Positions 40,490 to 49,731 of a stretch of DNA of 64,000 bases are shown here, piece by piece. The notes below the pieces were generated by a model. It searched no databases. It was not told the DNA's origin and worked only from the letters and a program-made list of their open reading frames with translations. Every line of letters begins with the position of its first letter. The first letter of the stretch is position 1. The position numbers and the translations under genes were made by a program. The DNA comes from Cenarchaeum sp. (GTDB lineage Archaea > Thermoproteota > Nitrososphaeria > Nitrososphaerales > Nitrosopumilaceae): contig CBDESU010000001.1 of assembly GCA_965242695.1 (NCBI GenBank), positions 1,664,001 through 1,728,000 of the forward strand. Direction: 5' to 3'.

Positions 40490-41446
40490 TCACACCCCTC
40501 CGCCCGTGCCGCCGCTGCCGCCGGACGCGCCAGGCTTGTCGTCAGAGGGCGGCGAAGACTCTTGATCGGCCGCACCGTCCCCGCCGGCATCGGCATCGGC
40601 GTCTGGCGCGGCAGCCGGCTTGTCGGCAGGCTTGGGCGCAGCATCGTCGGGCGCGGCAGCCGGCTTGTCGGCAGGCTTGGGCGCAGCATCGTCGGGCGCG
40701 GCCGCCGGCTTGTCGGCAGGCTTGGGCGCAGCATCGTCGGGCGCGGCCGCCGGCTTGTCGGCAGGCTTGGGCGCAGCATCGTCGGGCGCGGCCGCCGGCT
40801 TGTCGGCAGGCTTGGGCGCAGCATCGTCGGGCGCGGCAGGCTTCGCAGGCGGGGGCGCCTCCGCCGCCTCCGGCGCGGCGCCCGCGGCCGCCGCAGGAGC
40901 CACGGCCAAGGCCGCCCCGTCCCCGCCGCCGCCGCCCTCGCCGTCGTCATCCTCGTACTCGTCCTCGCGGCGGGCAAGCACAAGGGCCCCCGTCACCGAC
41001 GAGGCGAGTATCAGGCCCATCAGTACGAGCGCCGGCCAGTAGTACGTGAGCAGGTCCTCGCCGATATCCTGGAACTCTACCGGCGGCGAGTCCGTCCACA
41101 CCTGCTTGAGGCCCGAGTCTATGACGATCGCCCCCAGGGCCAGCATTACGACGAGCATGAGCCCGATCCCCGCGTACCGCCGCCGCACGTCCTCGACCTT
41201 TGTGAAGATCAGCTGGCGGCGCACGAGCATTACCGTGAACAGTATGAGGACGGCTATCGATCCGACGTACACCGCGATCTGGAAGAGTGCCACGAACGGG
41301 GCGTCGAGCATGAGGAAGAACCCCGCGATCCCGCCGAGCGTCCCCATGAGGGCGAGCGACCCGTACACGAGCGAGCGCAGCTCGAGGGCGGCTATCGCGG
41401 AGCCTATCGTGAGGACCGACAGGGCCACGAACGCTGCGTCAGCCAT
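40490..41446 (-). CDS. nuoJ: NADH-quinone oxidoreductase subunit J with long repetitive C-terminal tail
   Basis: FQIAVYVGSIAVLILFTVML and GALVLARR, followed by a ~150-aa low-complexity tail. Confidence 0.93.
   Translation of the reverse strand: MADAAFVALSVLTIGSAIAALELRSLVYGSLALMGTLGGIAGFFLMLDAPFVALFQIAVYVGSIAVLILFTVMLVRRQLIFTKVEDVRRRYAGIGLMLVVMLALGAIVIDSGLKQVWTDSPPVEFQDIGEDLLTYYWPALVLMGLILASSVTGALVLARREDEYEDDDGEGGGGGDGAALAVAPAAAAGAAPEAAEAPPPAKPAAPDDAAPKPADKPAAAPDDAAPKPADKPAAAPDDAAPKPADKPAAAPDDAAPKPADKPAAAPDDAAPKPADKPAAAPDADADAGGDGAADQESSPPSDDKPGASGGSGGTGGGV
40605..40843 (-). repeat. 45-bp tandem repeat x5 (AAAPDDAAPKPADKP) in nuoJ
   Basis: Near-identical units start at 40605, 40650, 40695, 40740 and 40785. 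Confidence 0.92.
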
Positions 41447-41987
41447 GGGTGGCTCCCCGATCGTCTATTACGATCTCGGCATCCTGCTGGACGGACGGCT
41501 TGACCTGCAGCTGCTGCGGCGTGTAGATGAGGCCCTCCTTTGTATACGAGGACAGCTCGTAGTCGTTCGTCATGTACAGCGCGTAGAACGGGCATGCGTC
41601 CACGCACAGCCCGCAGAACACGCACTTGCCGTAGTCGATCTGCGGCATGATCGACTTTTTGTTCTGCTTCCAGGTCTCTGGCACCTTTACCATCCCGATG
41701 GCCTCGGCGACGCCCTCGCACGCTATCGAGCACAGCTGGCACCCCGTGCAGTGGTCGTGGAAGAGCATGTGCCTGCCCTTGAGCCCCGCGATGCCGACGC
41801 CGGTCGTTGGGTCGAACTGGTACCCGTCGCCGACGAACTTTAGCTTTTCCTCGGGGTAGCGCAGGGTGAACCGCTTGACGGCCAGGTGCTTGACCCCCGA
41901 GTTGAGGGCCCTGATGATGCCGCTCGCCGTGCCGCGCCGCGGCTCGCTCGCGGCGCCCGCGCCCGCCCCGCCCTCCGCGCCGGCCAT
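41439..41987 (-). CDS. nuoI: NADH-quinone oxidoreductase subunit I
   Basis: TLRYPEE, CTGCQLCSIAC, CVFCGLCVDACP. Confidence 0.95.
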   Translation of the reverse strand: MAGAEGGAGAGAASEPRRGTASGIIRALNSGVKHLAVKRFTLRYPEEKLKFVGDGYQFDPTTGVGIAGLKGRHMLFHDHCTGCQLCSIACEGVAEAIGMVKVPETWKQNKKSIMPQIDYGKCVFCGLCVDACPFYALYMTNDYELSSYTKEGLIYTPQQLQVKPSVQQDAEIVIDDRGATHG

Positions 41988-41988
41988 G

Positions 41989-43287
41989 TCAGATCATACC
42001 TCCGGGGCCGATCACGCCGGCGTACACGAGCCCTAGCGCTATAAAAATGTTGACGAACGCCAGGCCGATCAGCTTGAACCACCCGATCTCGAGGAGCATG
42101 TCTATGCGTATGCGCGGGAACACGCCTCGGGGCAGCAGTATGAAGAAGATGACGGCCACCGTCTTTAGGACGAACCAGGCGACTGCGCTGAGGAACTCCA
42201 TCGAGAACAGCGGGAGTCCCGGCAGGGCCGCCGAGATCGGGCCGGCGTTGATCCCCTCGTGGACGAGCTGCTCGTCGGGGGGAGGGGCGATCATCGGGCC
42301 GCTCCAGCCGCCGAGGAACAGCACCACGAAGAGGGCGGCGAACGCGTACAGCTTTACGTACGAGCCGAGCTGCACCAAGCCGTACATCATCCCCGACAGC
42401 TCGGTCAGCCAGCCGGCGACGATCTCGGACTCTGCCTCGGGCAGGTCGAACGGTATGCGCTCCAGCTCGGCGAGCGCGCATATGAAGAACACGACGGCGC
42501 CGATGGGGAGGAATATGATCCACGGGAAGAACGACTGGCTCTCGGCGATCTCGGAGAGGTTGAACGTGCCCGTCAGTATGACGACGCCCAGGCACGAGAG
42601 TATGAGCGGTATCTCGAACGAGACCATCTGGTGGAGCGCCCTTATCCCGCCGATGAACGGGAACTTGCTGTTGGCCGACCACGCGGACAGTATCGTGATT
42701 ATCGGAAAGAACCCGATCACGGCGAACACCGCGAGCAGCCCCATGTCCACGTCGGCGACGACCCAGCCGGGGGCGACCGGGATGAGCGCGACGAACGCGG
42801 CCGCGGCCCCGACGAACAGCAGGGGCGCCGCTATGAAGAGCGGCTTGTCGGCGCGCGCCGGTATGATGATCTCCTTCGAGATCAGCTTTAGGCCGTCGCC
42901 CATCAGCTGCAGCAGCCCCTCGACCTTGCCGCAGTAGAAGGGCCCGACGCGCAGCTGGAGCTTTGCGAGCATCTTGCGCTCGACGAATATCGTGCCCGCC
43001 GCGATGAGGGCGGCAAACCCGAACCCCGGGAACACCGCAATGCGGAAGATGTCGGTGTACAGCAGCGCCTTGACCATCGGCAGGGCGCTCTCGGGGTGCG
43101 ACAGCCACGTGAGGGCCAGGAACGGGTTGACGAGCTCGCCGTCGATTACGGGCAGGTCGATGTAGAACAGGATGATCTGTATGAGGGGCACGCCGATGAG
43201 CGTGAGCAGGACGACGGTCCAGAACGCGTTGTCCGTGATCGACTTTAGGAAGTACCCGAGGCGGAACCTTGGGGCGATGACGGACAT
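41989..43287 (-). CDS. nuoH: NADH-quinone oxidoreductase subunit H
   Basis: ERKMLAKLQLRVGP, DGLKLISKE, RIPFDLPEAESE, PRIRID. Confidence 0.96.
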   Translation of the reverse strand: MSVIAPRFRLGYFLKSITDNAFWTVVLLTLIGVPLIQIILFYIDLPVIDGELVNPFLALTWLSHPESALPMVKALLYTDIFRIAVFPGFGFAALIAAGTIFVERKMLAKLQLRVGPFYCGKVEGLLQLMGDGLKLISKEIIIPARADKPLFIAAPLLFVGAAAAFVALIPVAPGWVVADVDMGLLAVFAVIGFFPIITILSAWSANSKFPFIGGIRALHQMVSFEIPLILSCLGVVILTGTFNLSEIAESQSFFPWIIFLPIGAVVFFICALAELERIPFDLPEAESEIVAGWLTELSGMMYGLVQLGSYVKLYAFAALFVVLFLGGWSGPMIAPPPDEQLVHEGINAGPISAALPGLPLFSMEFLSAVAWFVLKTVAVIFFILLPRGVFPRIRIDMLLEIGWFKLIGLAFVNIFIALGLVYAGVIGPGGMI

Positions 43288-44517
43288 TCAGCGGTCAGCC
43301 TCCACGGGCCAGTAGTTGAGGCTCCAGTACACGGCCGGCATGTTGCCGAGCTTCTCGCCGCGCAGCAGGTTCGGCAGGCAGATGAGGTTGCGGAACGACG
43401 GGACGCTCAGCTTTACGCGGTACGGCTCGGGCTTTGCGTCCGAGACGATGTGGCAGCCGAGCGAGCCGCGGCCCGACTCTACGCGCCGGTACACCTCCTG
43501 GTGGGGGAGCTTGCCCTTTGGGTTGGGCTTTAGCTTGGCCCGGACCGAGCCGGACTTTGGCATCTTTGCTAGCGCATCGCGCACGATGCGGCAGCTCTCC
43601 ATCATGTCGAGCCACGGCACGCGCGAGCGCGCGTACGAGTCGCCCTTGTGCAGGACGGGCGTCTCGTAGTCCATCTCTTCGTAGGCGTCGTACGGCTCCT
43701 TCTTGCGCAGGTCGTAGTCGATGCCGCTTGCGCGCAGGACCGACCCCGTCGTGCCGAACCGGACGGCGTCCTGCCGCGAGAGCACGCCCGTGTTCTCGGT
43801 ACGCGAGAGCAGGACGGGGTTGTCGTAGAACACGTCGGCGTACTCTTTGATGCGCTTCTCAAAGTAGTCGACCTGCCGGAGGCACGCATCCTCGAAGTTG
43901 GCCGGCATGTCGTTGCGCACGCCGCCGGGCACAAAGTAGGCGTGCGTGACGCGCGCGCCCGTGAGCTTTTCCATGAGGTCGATGAGCAGCTCGCGATCGC
44001 CGGCCGGCCACATGAACATGGTAGAGTGCCCGAGGAATATCCCGTATATGGCGAGCCAGTACTGGATATAGATGCACTTGTTCAGCTCGGAGGCGATGAC
44101 GCGCACGTACTTTGCGCGCTCGGGCACCTCGATGCCGAGTATCTCCTCGGCGGCCAGGCAGTACGGGTACAGGACGTTGCACGAGTCGTGTATGACGGGC
44201 CTCTCGAGATGGGGTATGTTCAGGACGTAGTTGCGGTACTCGGCCATCTTTTCCTCGCCGCGGTGCACGTAGCCCGGGTCGGGGTCGCAGTTTACGATGT
44301 GGTCGCCGTCGACCTGTATGACGAGGCGCATGTGCCCCGAGCCCGGGTGCTGCGGGCCGACGTTGAGCGTCATTATGCGCTCGTCGGTCCGCTCCACGGC
44401 CATGCCCGGCGGGAGGCGGGACGGCAGGCCGGCGCCCTGCTCCTGCTGTGCCAGGCGCACGTCCGGCGCGGCTACGGAGTCCGACCCGGCCCCTGCGGTT
44501 GCTGCTGTAGCCGACAC
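43288..44517 (-). CDS. nuoD: NADH-quinone oxidoreductase subunit D
   Basis: LNVGPQHPGSG, GYVHRGEEK, ESGRG, EADR. Confidence 0.96.
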   Translation of the reverse strand: MSATAATAGAGSDSVAAPDVRLAQQEQGAGLPSRLPPGMAVERTDERIMTLNVGPQHPGSGHMRLVIQVDGDHIVNCDPDPGYVHRGEEKMAEYRNYVLNIPHLERPVIHDSCNVLYPYCLAAEEILGIEVPERAKYVRVIASELNKCIYIQYWLAIYGIFLGHSTMFMWPAGDRELLIDLMEKLTGARVTHAYFVPGGVRNDMPANFEDACLRQVDYFEKRIKEYADVFYDNPVLLSRTENTGVLSRQDAVRFGTTGSVLRASGIDYDLRKKEPYDAYEEMDYETPVLHKGDSYARSRVPWLDMMESCRIVRDALAKMPKSGSVRAKLKPNPKGKLPHQEVYRRVESGRGSLGCHIVSDAKPEPYRVKLSVPSFRNLICLPNLLRGEKLGNMPAVYWSLNYWPVEADR

Positions 44518-44524
44518 GCCCCCA

Positions 44525-45697
44525 TCATCTCCCCTTTATCGCAAAGTCCTTGCGGAGCGGCGGCAGGTCGGCCCAGTCCTCGGGCAGCAAGAGCCGCCTG
44601 TTGTCAGGATGCCCCTCGAAATAGACGCCGAGCATCTCAAAGCACTCGCGCTCGTGGAACTCTACGCTGTAGAACACTTCGCGCAGGCTCGGCAGGCGCG
44701 TAGAGTCGCTGCCCGGGTTTGGGTCTTCCTCGCGCGGGGCCCTGACGTGCAGGGCCATGACCTGCTTTGAGAGGGACGGGTCGAGGTACGAGCCGAGGTG
44801 GTACACGACCTCGATCGCATTGTCCTTTGGATAGTCGACGCCCGAGACCGACTCGGCGTGGTCGAAGTGGAGCTCGTCGCGGATGAACGCGGCGACGTCC
44901 CTTACGGAGTCCGGCGTGGCGCGAACGGCGGTGCGGTTGGCGGCCACCGCGAGTACCTCGGCCTTGTCGCCGAACCGGTCGGCGATGCGGGCCGTCATCT
45001 TGGTCTCAAACTCGGGCGGAGGCGGGGGCGGAGGCTTTGCAGGCTTGCCCGCCGGCTTGGCGGCCGGCTTTGGGGGGGGCGGCTTGGCGGCCGCGCCTGC
45101 CGCCGGCTTTGGGGGGGGCGGCTTGGCGGCCGCGCCTGCCGCCGGCTTTGGGGGGGGCGGCTTGGCGGCCGCGCCTGCCGCCGGCTTTGGGGGGGGCGGC
45201 TTGGCGGCCGCGCCTGCCGCCGGCTTTGGGGGGGGCGGCTTGGCGGCCGCGCCTGCCGCCGGCTTTGGGGGGGCCGGCTTGGCCTCGGGACCGGCTGCGG
45301 CCGCGCCTGCCGCCGGCTTTGGGGGGGGCGGCTTGGCGGCCGCGCCTGCCGCCGGCTTTGGGGGGGGCGGCTTGGCCTCGGGACCGGCTGCGGCCGCGCC
45401 TGCCGCCGGCTTTGGGGGGGCCGGCTTGGCTGCTACGGGGGCGGGGGCCGGCTTTGGCGTGGCTGCAGAGTCCGCAGGCTTTGCGGACTGGGGGCCTGAG
45501 GAGGCCGTCTTGGAGGCATCGGGGGGCGTACTAGGCGTCAAAGAGCCGCCAGAGCTCGTTCCGGCTCCGGCAGGGGGCGGCTGCGAGTCGGATGCGCCAC
45601 CGCCCGTAGGGGGATCGGGCGCGGCATCGGGCTTTTTGGGCCGTGCCGGGGTGTTGCCATCGTCGGGTGCCGTATGGGCCCCCTCGTCAGAACTCAT
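44525..45697 (-). CDS. nuoC: NADH-quinone oxidoreductase subunit C with ~230-aa Pro/Ala/Lys N-terminal extension
   Basis: VSGVDY, ERECFEMLGVYFEGHPD.RRLL, PPLRKDF; own TTTAAA box at ~45731. Confidence 0.93.
   Translation of the reverse strand: MSSDEGAHTAPDDGNTPARPKKPDAAPDPPTGGGASDSQPPPAGAGTSSGGSLTPSTPPDASKTASSGPQSAKPADSAATPKPAPAPVAAKPAPPKPAAGAAAAGPEAKPPPPKPAAGAAAKPPPPKPAAGAAAAGPEAKPAPPKPAAGAAAKPPPPKPAAGAAAKPPPPKPAAGAAAKPPPPKPAAGAAAKPPPPKPAAGAAAKPPPPKPAAKPAGKPAKPPPPPPPEFETKMTARIADRFGDKAEVLAVAANRTAVRATPDSVRDVAAFIRDELHFDHAESVSGVDYPKDNAIEVVYHLGSYLDPSLSKQVMALHVRAPREEDPNPGSDSTRLPSLREVFYSVEFHERECFEMLGVYFEGHPDNRRLLLPEDWADLPPLRKDFAIKGR
45063..45430 (-). repeat. 39-bp tandem repeat (KPPPPKPAAGAAA), ~9 units with variants, in nuoC
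   Basis: Recurring ggctttggggggggcggcttggcggccgcgcctgccgcc; some units carry an AGPE-type insert. Confidence 0.9.
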
Positions 45698-46769
45698 TGC
45701 GGGTTTCCTGCCGGCGCAATTCGGGCGTATTTTAAATGTCTATCACACAGCGCAACCAAGATGCGCGGCAGGCCCGCGTCCGGCCTGGGGCCCAGGCAAG
45801 AAGGACCGCCGCGTCAAGTTCCGCATGACTGTCCGGCAGCCCCGTACCCGCCGCCGATCGCCCTCTACAAGCAACCAGGCCGCCCACGCCGCGCCCCGCC
45901 TCGCCCCCACACCCTGCGCGGTGATACCCATGCCGCGTCTCGTCCTGCCCACCACGAGGCCCCTGCCAAGCGGCGCGCAACCCGGCACGGCTTGTCGCAG
46001 CCCGATCTCGCCGCACTGCACTTCGCGGCGCCAGTCAGGACGGCACACCCCCCCCCCCCCCGCCTCGCCGCGCACGGGCAGCGGGCCACACGCTGGCATG
46101 TGCGCCACGCGCGAGTGCGCATGGCAACTCGAGTCGCGAGCCGCGCGCGGCCCTGCCTCGGCGCGCTTGCAGGCGATGCGATCGCCGTCCCGGCGATGCA
46201 GGCCGCGGGGTCGCGGCAGGCCGCCCCAAAGTCGGCCGCCCCCGCCGGCATGCCTTCGGCGTCCGGCATGATTGCCAGGGACGTGCAGATGCCTCATCCG
46301 GCGGCGGCCCGGCCGGCGCCGGGCAGGTCATGCGGCGCAGGATGCGGGCGTCTGCCGGCGCGCCGTGCATCCTTGTGAGGGCCATGCGGCAGGCCGGCAG
46401 GGCGCCCCGATGTCCGCCCGGCGCCGTTTTCGGTCAGGCGCGGCCGCGGGCAGGCGGCGGGACGTGCCCCCGTGCAATCCCGCATCGCATCCTCCGCGCA
46501 GCCTGCCCGGCATGAGGCCCCGGCCGGGCCGGCGAAGCGTCCCGCCCTGCCAGCTGCAGAACGCCCGGCGCGCAGATGCGGCCACGGAATTGCACCCCTT
46601 TGTTCCAGATTTGGAATGTGTGATGGCCGCAAAAAACCCGGCGGCCCCAGTAGGATGCGCGGCGCCGCGCCCTGCGGCCCGCTTCGCCCCGGCAGAGGCC
46701 GCGCCGGGCCGCATCCTTGCCGCAAACAACGCCGCCGGCGGCATCGTCCGGCAGAAGCCGTGCGGCTGG

Positions 46770-47261
46770 CTACCCCATCGCCTGCCTGAGCCTTGCGCGG
46801 GCCGCTTCGATTTCCTCGTTGTTGAGGCAATCCGCCAGCTCTTCCATGGACAGGACAAACCGGCGGGTGGTCGCCGTCAGGCGGTCGGCGTCTTCGACCT
46901 GCCCCTCTACCGTGGTATAGTACATGGCCTCGACCCGCATTTTCTTGGCCGTTTTAAAGTCGCCTACAAGGCCCGCATCGATGCTGTCGCCGAAGAGTCG
47001 GCCAATCAGCACCATGACGCAGTCGTGCATCTCGCACTTTATTCCCGCCCTCATAAGCACCGCGTACGCGGAAAAGTACATCGCATAGTAGCTGGCCGAG
47101 TACGCCCAGTCCGCCGTGCCTTGGTCTATGGAGCTCTGCAGCATGCGCATGGAGTCATGCGACTTTCCCGCGTACGCCCGCCGGAGGCACTCGGACGGCT
47201 CCACCAGGCGGATGCCGCGCTTCTGCCCGGCGCACCACCTGATGTACCTGCTACTGTCCAA
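46770..47261 (-). CDS. HEPN domain protein (toxin of MNT-HEPN pair)
   Basis: SYYAMYFSA.A.L...G....H and R..A.Y pattern; overlaps the MNT stop. TTG start inferred. Confidence 0.85.
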   Translation of the reverse strand: MDSSRYIRWCAGQKRGIRLVEPSECLRRAYAGKSHDSMRMLQSSIDQGTADWAYSASYYAMYFSAYAVLMRAGIKCEMHDCVMVLIGRLFGDSIDAGLVGDFKTAKKMRVEAMYYTTVEGQVEDADRLTATTRRFVLSMEELADCLNNEEIEAARARLRQAMG

Positions 47262-47862
47262 CGTAGCACCTCCATACGGCCCCGCAAAAGGCATCGGCCC
47301 CCTTCAGGACCACATGGTTCGAGACCGCCTCGCATATGAGCGGGTCGCCCCTGCGCAGCCCCAGCGAGACCTGCCTCGGCGTGGCATACTTTATGTCCAG
47401 CCAGGCCCCGGCCGTCTTGCGCACGTCGTCGACCACCCCCTTGTCCCTGATCCGGGGGCCCACTACCAGCAGATCGACGTCGCTCTCGTCGTCGTGCTCC
47501 TCCCTTGCATAGCTTCCGAACAGGACCAGCGCGCCGTCGACATGCATGTCGAGGTCCTTGAGCACCCGCTTCGCTATGTAGTGCCTGCGCATGTACTCGA
47601 CGGACGCAAAGGACTCGGCCATTGCCATGTAGTGCCTAGTGAACAGGTTGTCTAGGTTCGGCGAGAACGCGATGTTCCGTCCCGCCTTGCTGCGGCCGAG
47701 CACACTGATGCGCTCAAGCCGCTGCAGGTGGAGCCGGACGGATGAGACATCCGCTCCTACCCGCCGTGCGATCTCGCGCATGTGGAGGCTCAGGCGGTAG
47801 TCGCCCGCGTACAGCCGCATGATCGAGAGGGCCGTACCCGCAACGGGGATTTTTTCTCCCAC
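47251..47862 (-). CDS. HTH plus minimal nucleotidyltransferase (MNT antitoxin)
   Basis: N-terminal HMREIARRVG wHTH; LFGSYAREEHDDESDVDLLVV (GSx10DxD). Confidence 0.88.
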   Translation of the reverse strand: MGEKIPVAGTALSIMRLYAGDYRLSLHMREIARRVGADVSSVRLHLQRLERISVLGRSKAGRNIAFSPNLDNLFTRHYMAMAESFASVEYMRRHYIAKRVLKDLDMHVDGALVLFGSYAREEHDDESDVDLLVVGPRIRDKGVVDDVRKTAGAWLDIKYATPRQVSLGLRRGDPLICEAVSNHVVLKGADAFCGAVWRCYVGQ

Positions 47863-48160
47863 GTGTTGGGAATCATAAACAGTGTATTAAAGGCTTGACG
47901 GAAAGGGCGCGATTGCGTAGCCGTCCTCCAGTCTCCACATCCCAAGGTTGCCGGCCACTGCCGCCTGCGGCATGCCACGCCTCGAGTCCGAGTGGCCGCG
48001 CCGCGATCGCGGCCTCCATCCCAAGCGGGCACAGCGGCCCGCAGTTGGACGGCCCGGCTACCGTCGGCGCCGCCGCCGGCGCCCCGCCGAGTGCGTGTTC
48101 CATGGCAGTATGATGCCGATCGCATCAAGGCGGGGCGGGCGGGCGCAGGACAGATCACCA

Positions 48161-48673
48161 TCACGCCAGCCCGTACTCAGATGCGACGGCGGCCACCTCG
48201 TCCCCGTCGCGGGCCTGCGCATAGTCTTCGAGCAGCGCGCCGTTGAGCTCGGAGAACGTGTGGCCCCACGGAAACTTCGCGAGCAGATCGTCCGCCTTGC
48301 CGCCAAACCCCAGTATGTAGAGCGCGCCGGCGAGCGCCTCTGCCGTCGTCAGCTTGCCGACCTTTGAGTAGTTGACGGGGTTTCCGGCAAGCAGTGGTGG
48401 GAGGCGCCTGCGGACGGCGGCAGCGGCCGGGCCGGCGCCGCGGCCGTCCGTGGCAAACACCCCCTCGGCCAGGCGCCACGAGCAGTCGACGGCGGTCACC
48501 GACGAGACCATCTTCCGGTCGGGGGGAGCGGCCATCTGCCCGGCGAACGGATCCAGCACCATGGTGCGGCCGCCGGGCGACCTTGCGCGCTGCGCCAGCC
48601 CAAGCCGGACCAGCCTGAGGGCCGTGCATTTTTTCGGGTCGTCCTGGCCGTGCATTACGATGCGCAGGCGCAT
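48161..48673 (-). CDS. tsr3: rRNA aminocarboxypropyltransferase Tsr3 (DUF367)
   Basis: QDDPKKCT, DCSW, RRLPPLLAGNPVNY..KLTTAEA, FPWG..F..LN. Confidence 0.95.
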   Translation of the reverse strand: MRLRIVMHGQDDPKKCTALRLVRLGLAQRARSPGGRTMVLDPFAGQMAAPPDRKMVSSVTAVDCSWRLAEGVFATDGRGAGPAAAAVRRRLPPLLAGNPVNYSKVGKLTTAEALAGALYILGFGGKADDLLAKFPWGHTFSELNGALLEDYAQARDGDEVAAVASEYGLA

Positions 48674-48703
48674 GCGGGCGCGCCCGTACCCCCCATATTT
48701 GAA

Positions 48704-48807
48704 GAGGGCGAAGGCCCGTCCCCACCCCCATTCTCCGCTGCGTCTGCTCGCCGGCAAGGACGGCGACTGGATGAGGACGAAGGCCCGTCCCCACCCCCAT
48801 TCTCCGC
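48704..48807. repeat. 35-bp direct repeat pair (1 mismatch) with 34-bp spacer
   Basis: gagg(g/a)cgaaggcccgtccccacccccattctccgc at 48704-48738 and 48773-48807. Confidence 0.9.
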
Positions 48808-48885
48808 CCTTTGGCGCGGCGCAGGGGCAGGCAGGCTCTGCGCCCGGCGTAAATCCATTTAGGGGCAGCGCCGCGGGACGGCGCA

Positions 48886-49308
48886 GTGCGGCGGCGCGCG
48901 GGCAAGGGCCCTGACGAGGAGGAGAGATACTACAATGGCCTGCCGAGGGCGTTCAGGCGCGTCGGCAACCACAGGGACGGCAGCAAGTGCGAGTGGAAAA
49001 AGACCCCCGTGGCGCTGTCGCTGCCGTACAAGGGGATCCGCTGGCCCGCGGTCCTGGCGGCAAGGTGCAGAGTGTGCGGGACGGTCAGGACAACGCACGT
49101 GACGGGCGTCATTCGGTCGGAATACGACGGCAAGCAGCGATGGCTCATGCACTACCTGTACCAGTGGCAGGACGGGCACGTGCGCCTGTGCATCGGCCAT
49201 GTCCGCAGGTTCAGGGGGCGCACGGCCAGCGCGCGAAGCCCCGAGGACGGCCAGCGCGCGGCGATGGAGCTAGCGCGCGCCGCCGTCGGGGGCGGCAGTG
49301 CGAGTTAG
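48886..49308 (+). CDS. Hypothetical protein with possible Zn-binding CxxC
   Basis: Protein-like composition, CRVC, AT-rich box at ~48850-48861. Confidence 0.55.
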   Translation: MRRRAGKGPDEEERYYNGLPRAFRRVGNHRDGSKCEWKKTPVALSLPYKGIRWPAVLAARCRVCGTVRTTHVTGVIRSEYDGKQRWLMHYLYQWQDGHVRLCIGHVRRFRGRTASARSPEDGQRAAMELARAAVGGGSAS

Positions 49309-49650
49309 CTTGCGGCAGAGGCGCGACGGCGCGCTGTCCGGCCTTTCCGCCTCGGCCGTCCACTTCCACGTCGATCGCCGCCCCCGCCTCGGCCGGCAGC
49401 ACCGCGAATTTTTCGGGCGTCGCATCCGGCCCCGAGTACCTCACGCGGTGGTCCGTCCCGCCGATCTGCGCGGTCTGGTATACGGCGCCCGGCGCCCTGG
49501 TGGAACCGGACACGAGGCACCCGTCGGCGGCGGGGCAGACTATGCAGTCGGGACGGGGGCCGCCGTCCGGCCCGGCCAGGTTGTCCAAGAGGCGGATATC
49601 GAACGAGGATTGGTCGTCGTGCGGCGCGGGCAGCGGCAACCCCTGCAGGC
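49270..49650 (-). pseudogene. Decayed copy of the 3' end of the lamin-tail surface gene
   Basis: Matches 59047 to ~59432; encodes ADGCLVSGSTRAPGAVYQT.QIGGTD.RVRYSGPDATPEKFAVLPAEAG, then frameshifts. Confidence 0.9.
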
Positions 49651-49731
49651 GGCCGAAGTGGATAGATGGCATGGACCAGATCGCGCAACGGCTGCCGCAG
49701 TCCCCGCACGGTATTCGGAATGGGGGGAGGA

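Noticed and set aside
45760-46760. ORFs, a nuoAB remnant, or a fourth Ala-rich paralogue
   Set aside because: All frames are Arg/Pro/Ala-rich without motifs, and the short matches to the paralogues are not colinear.
16131-48807. CRISPR array call for the two repeat-spacer-repeat units
   Set aside because: Only two repeats each, unrelated sequences, no typical repeat ends, no leader and no cas genes. Kept only as repeats.
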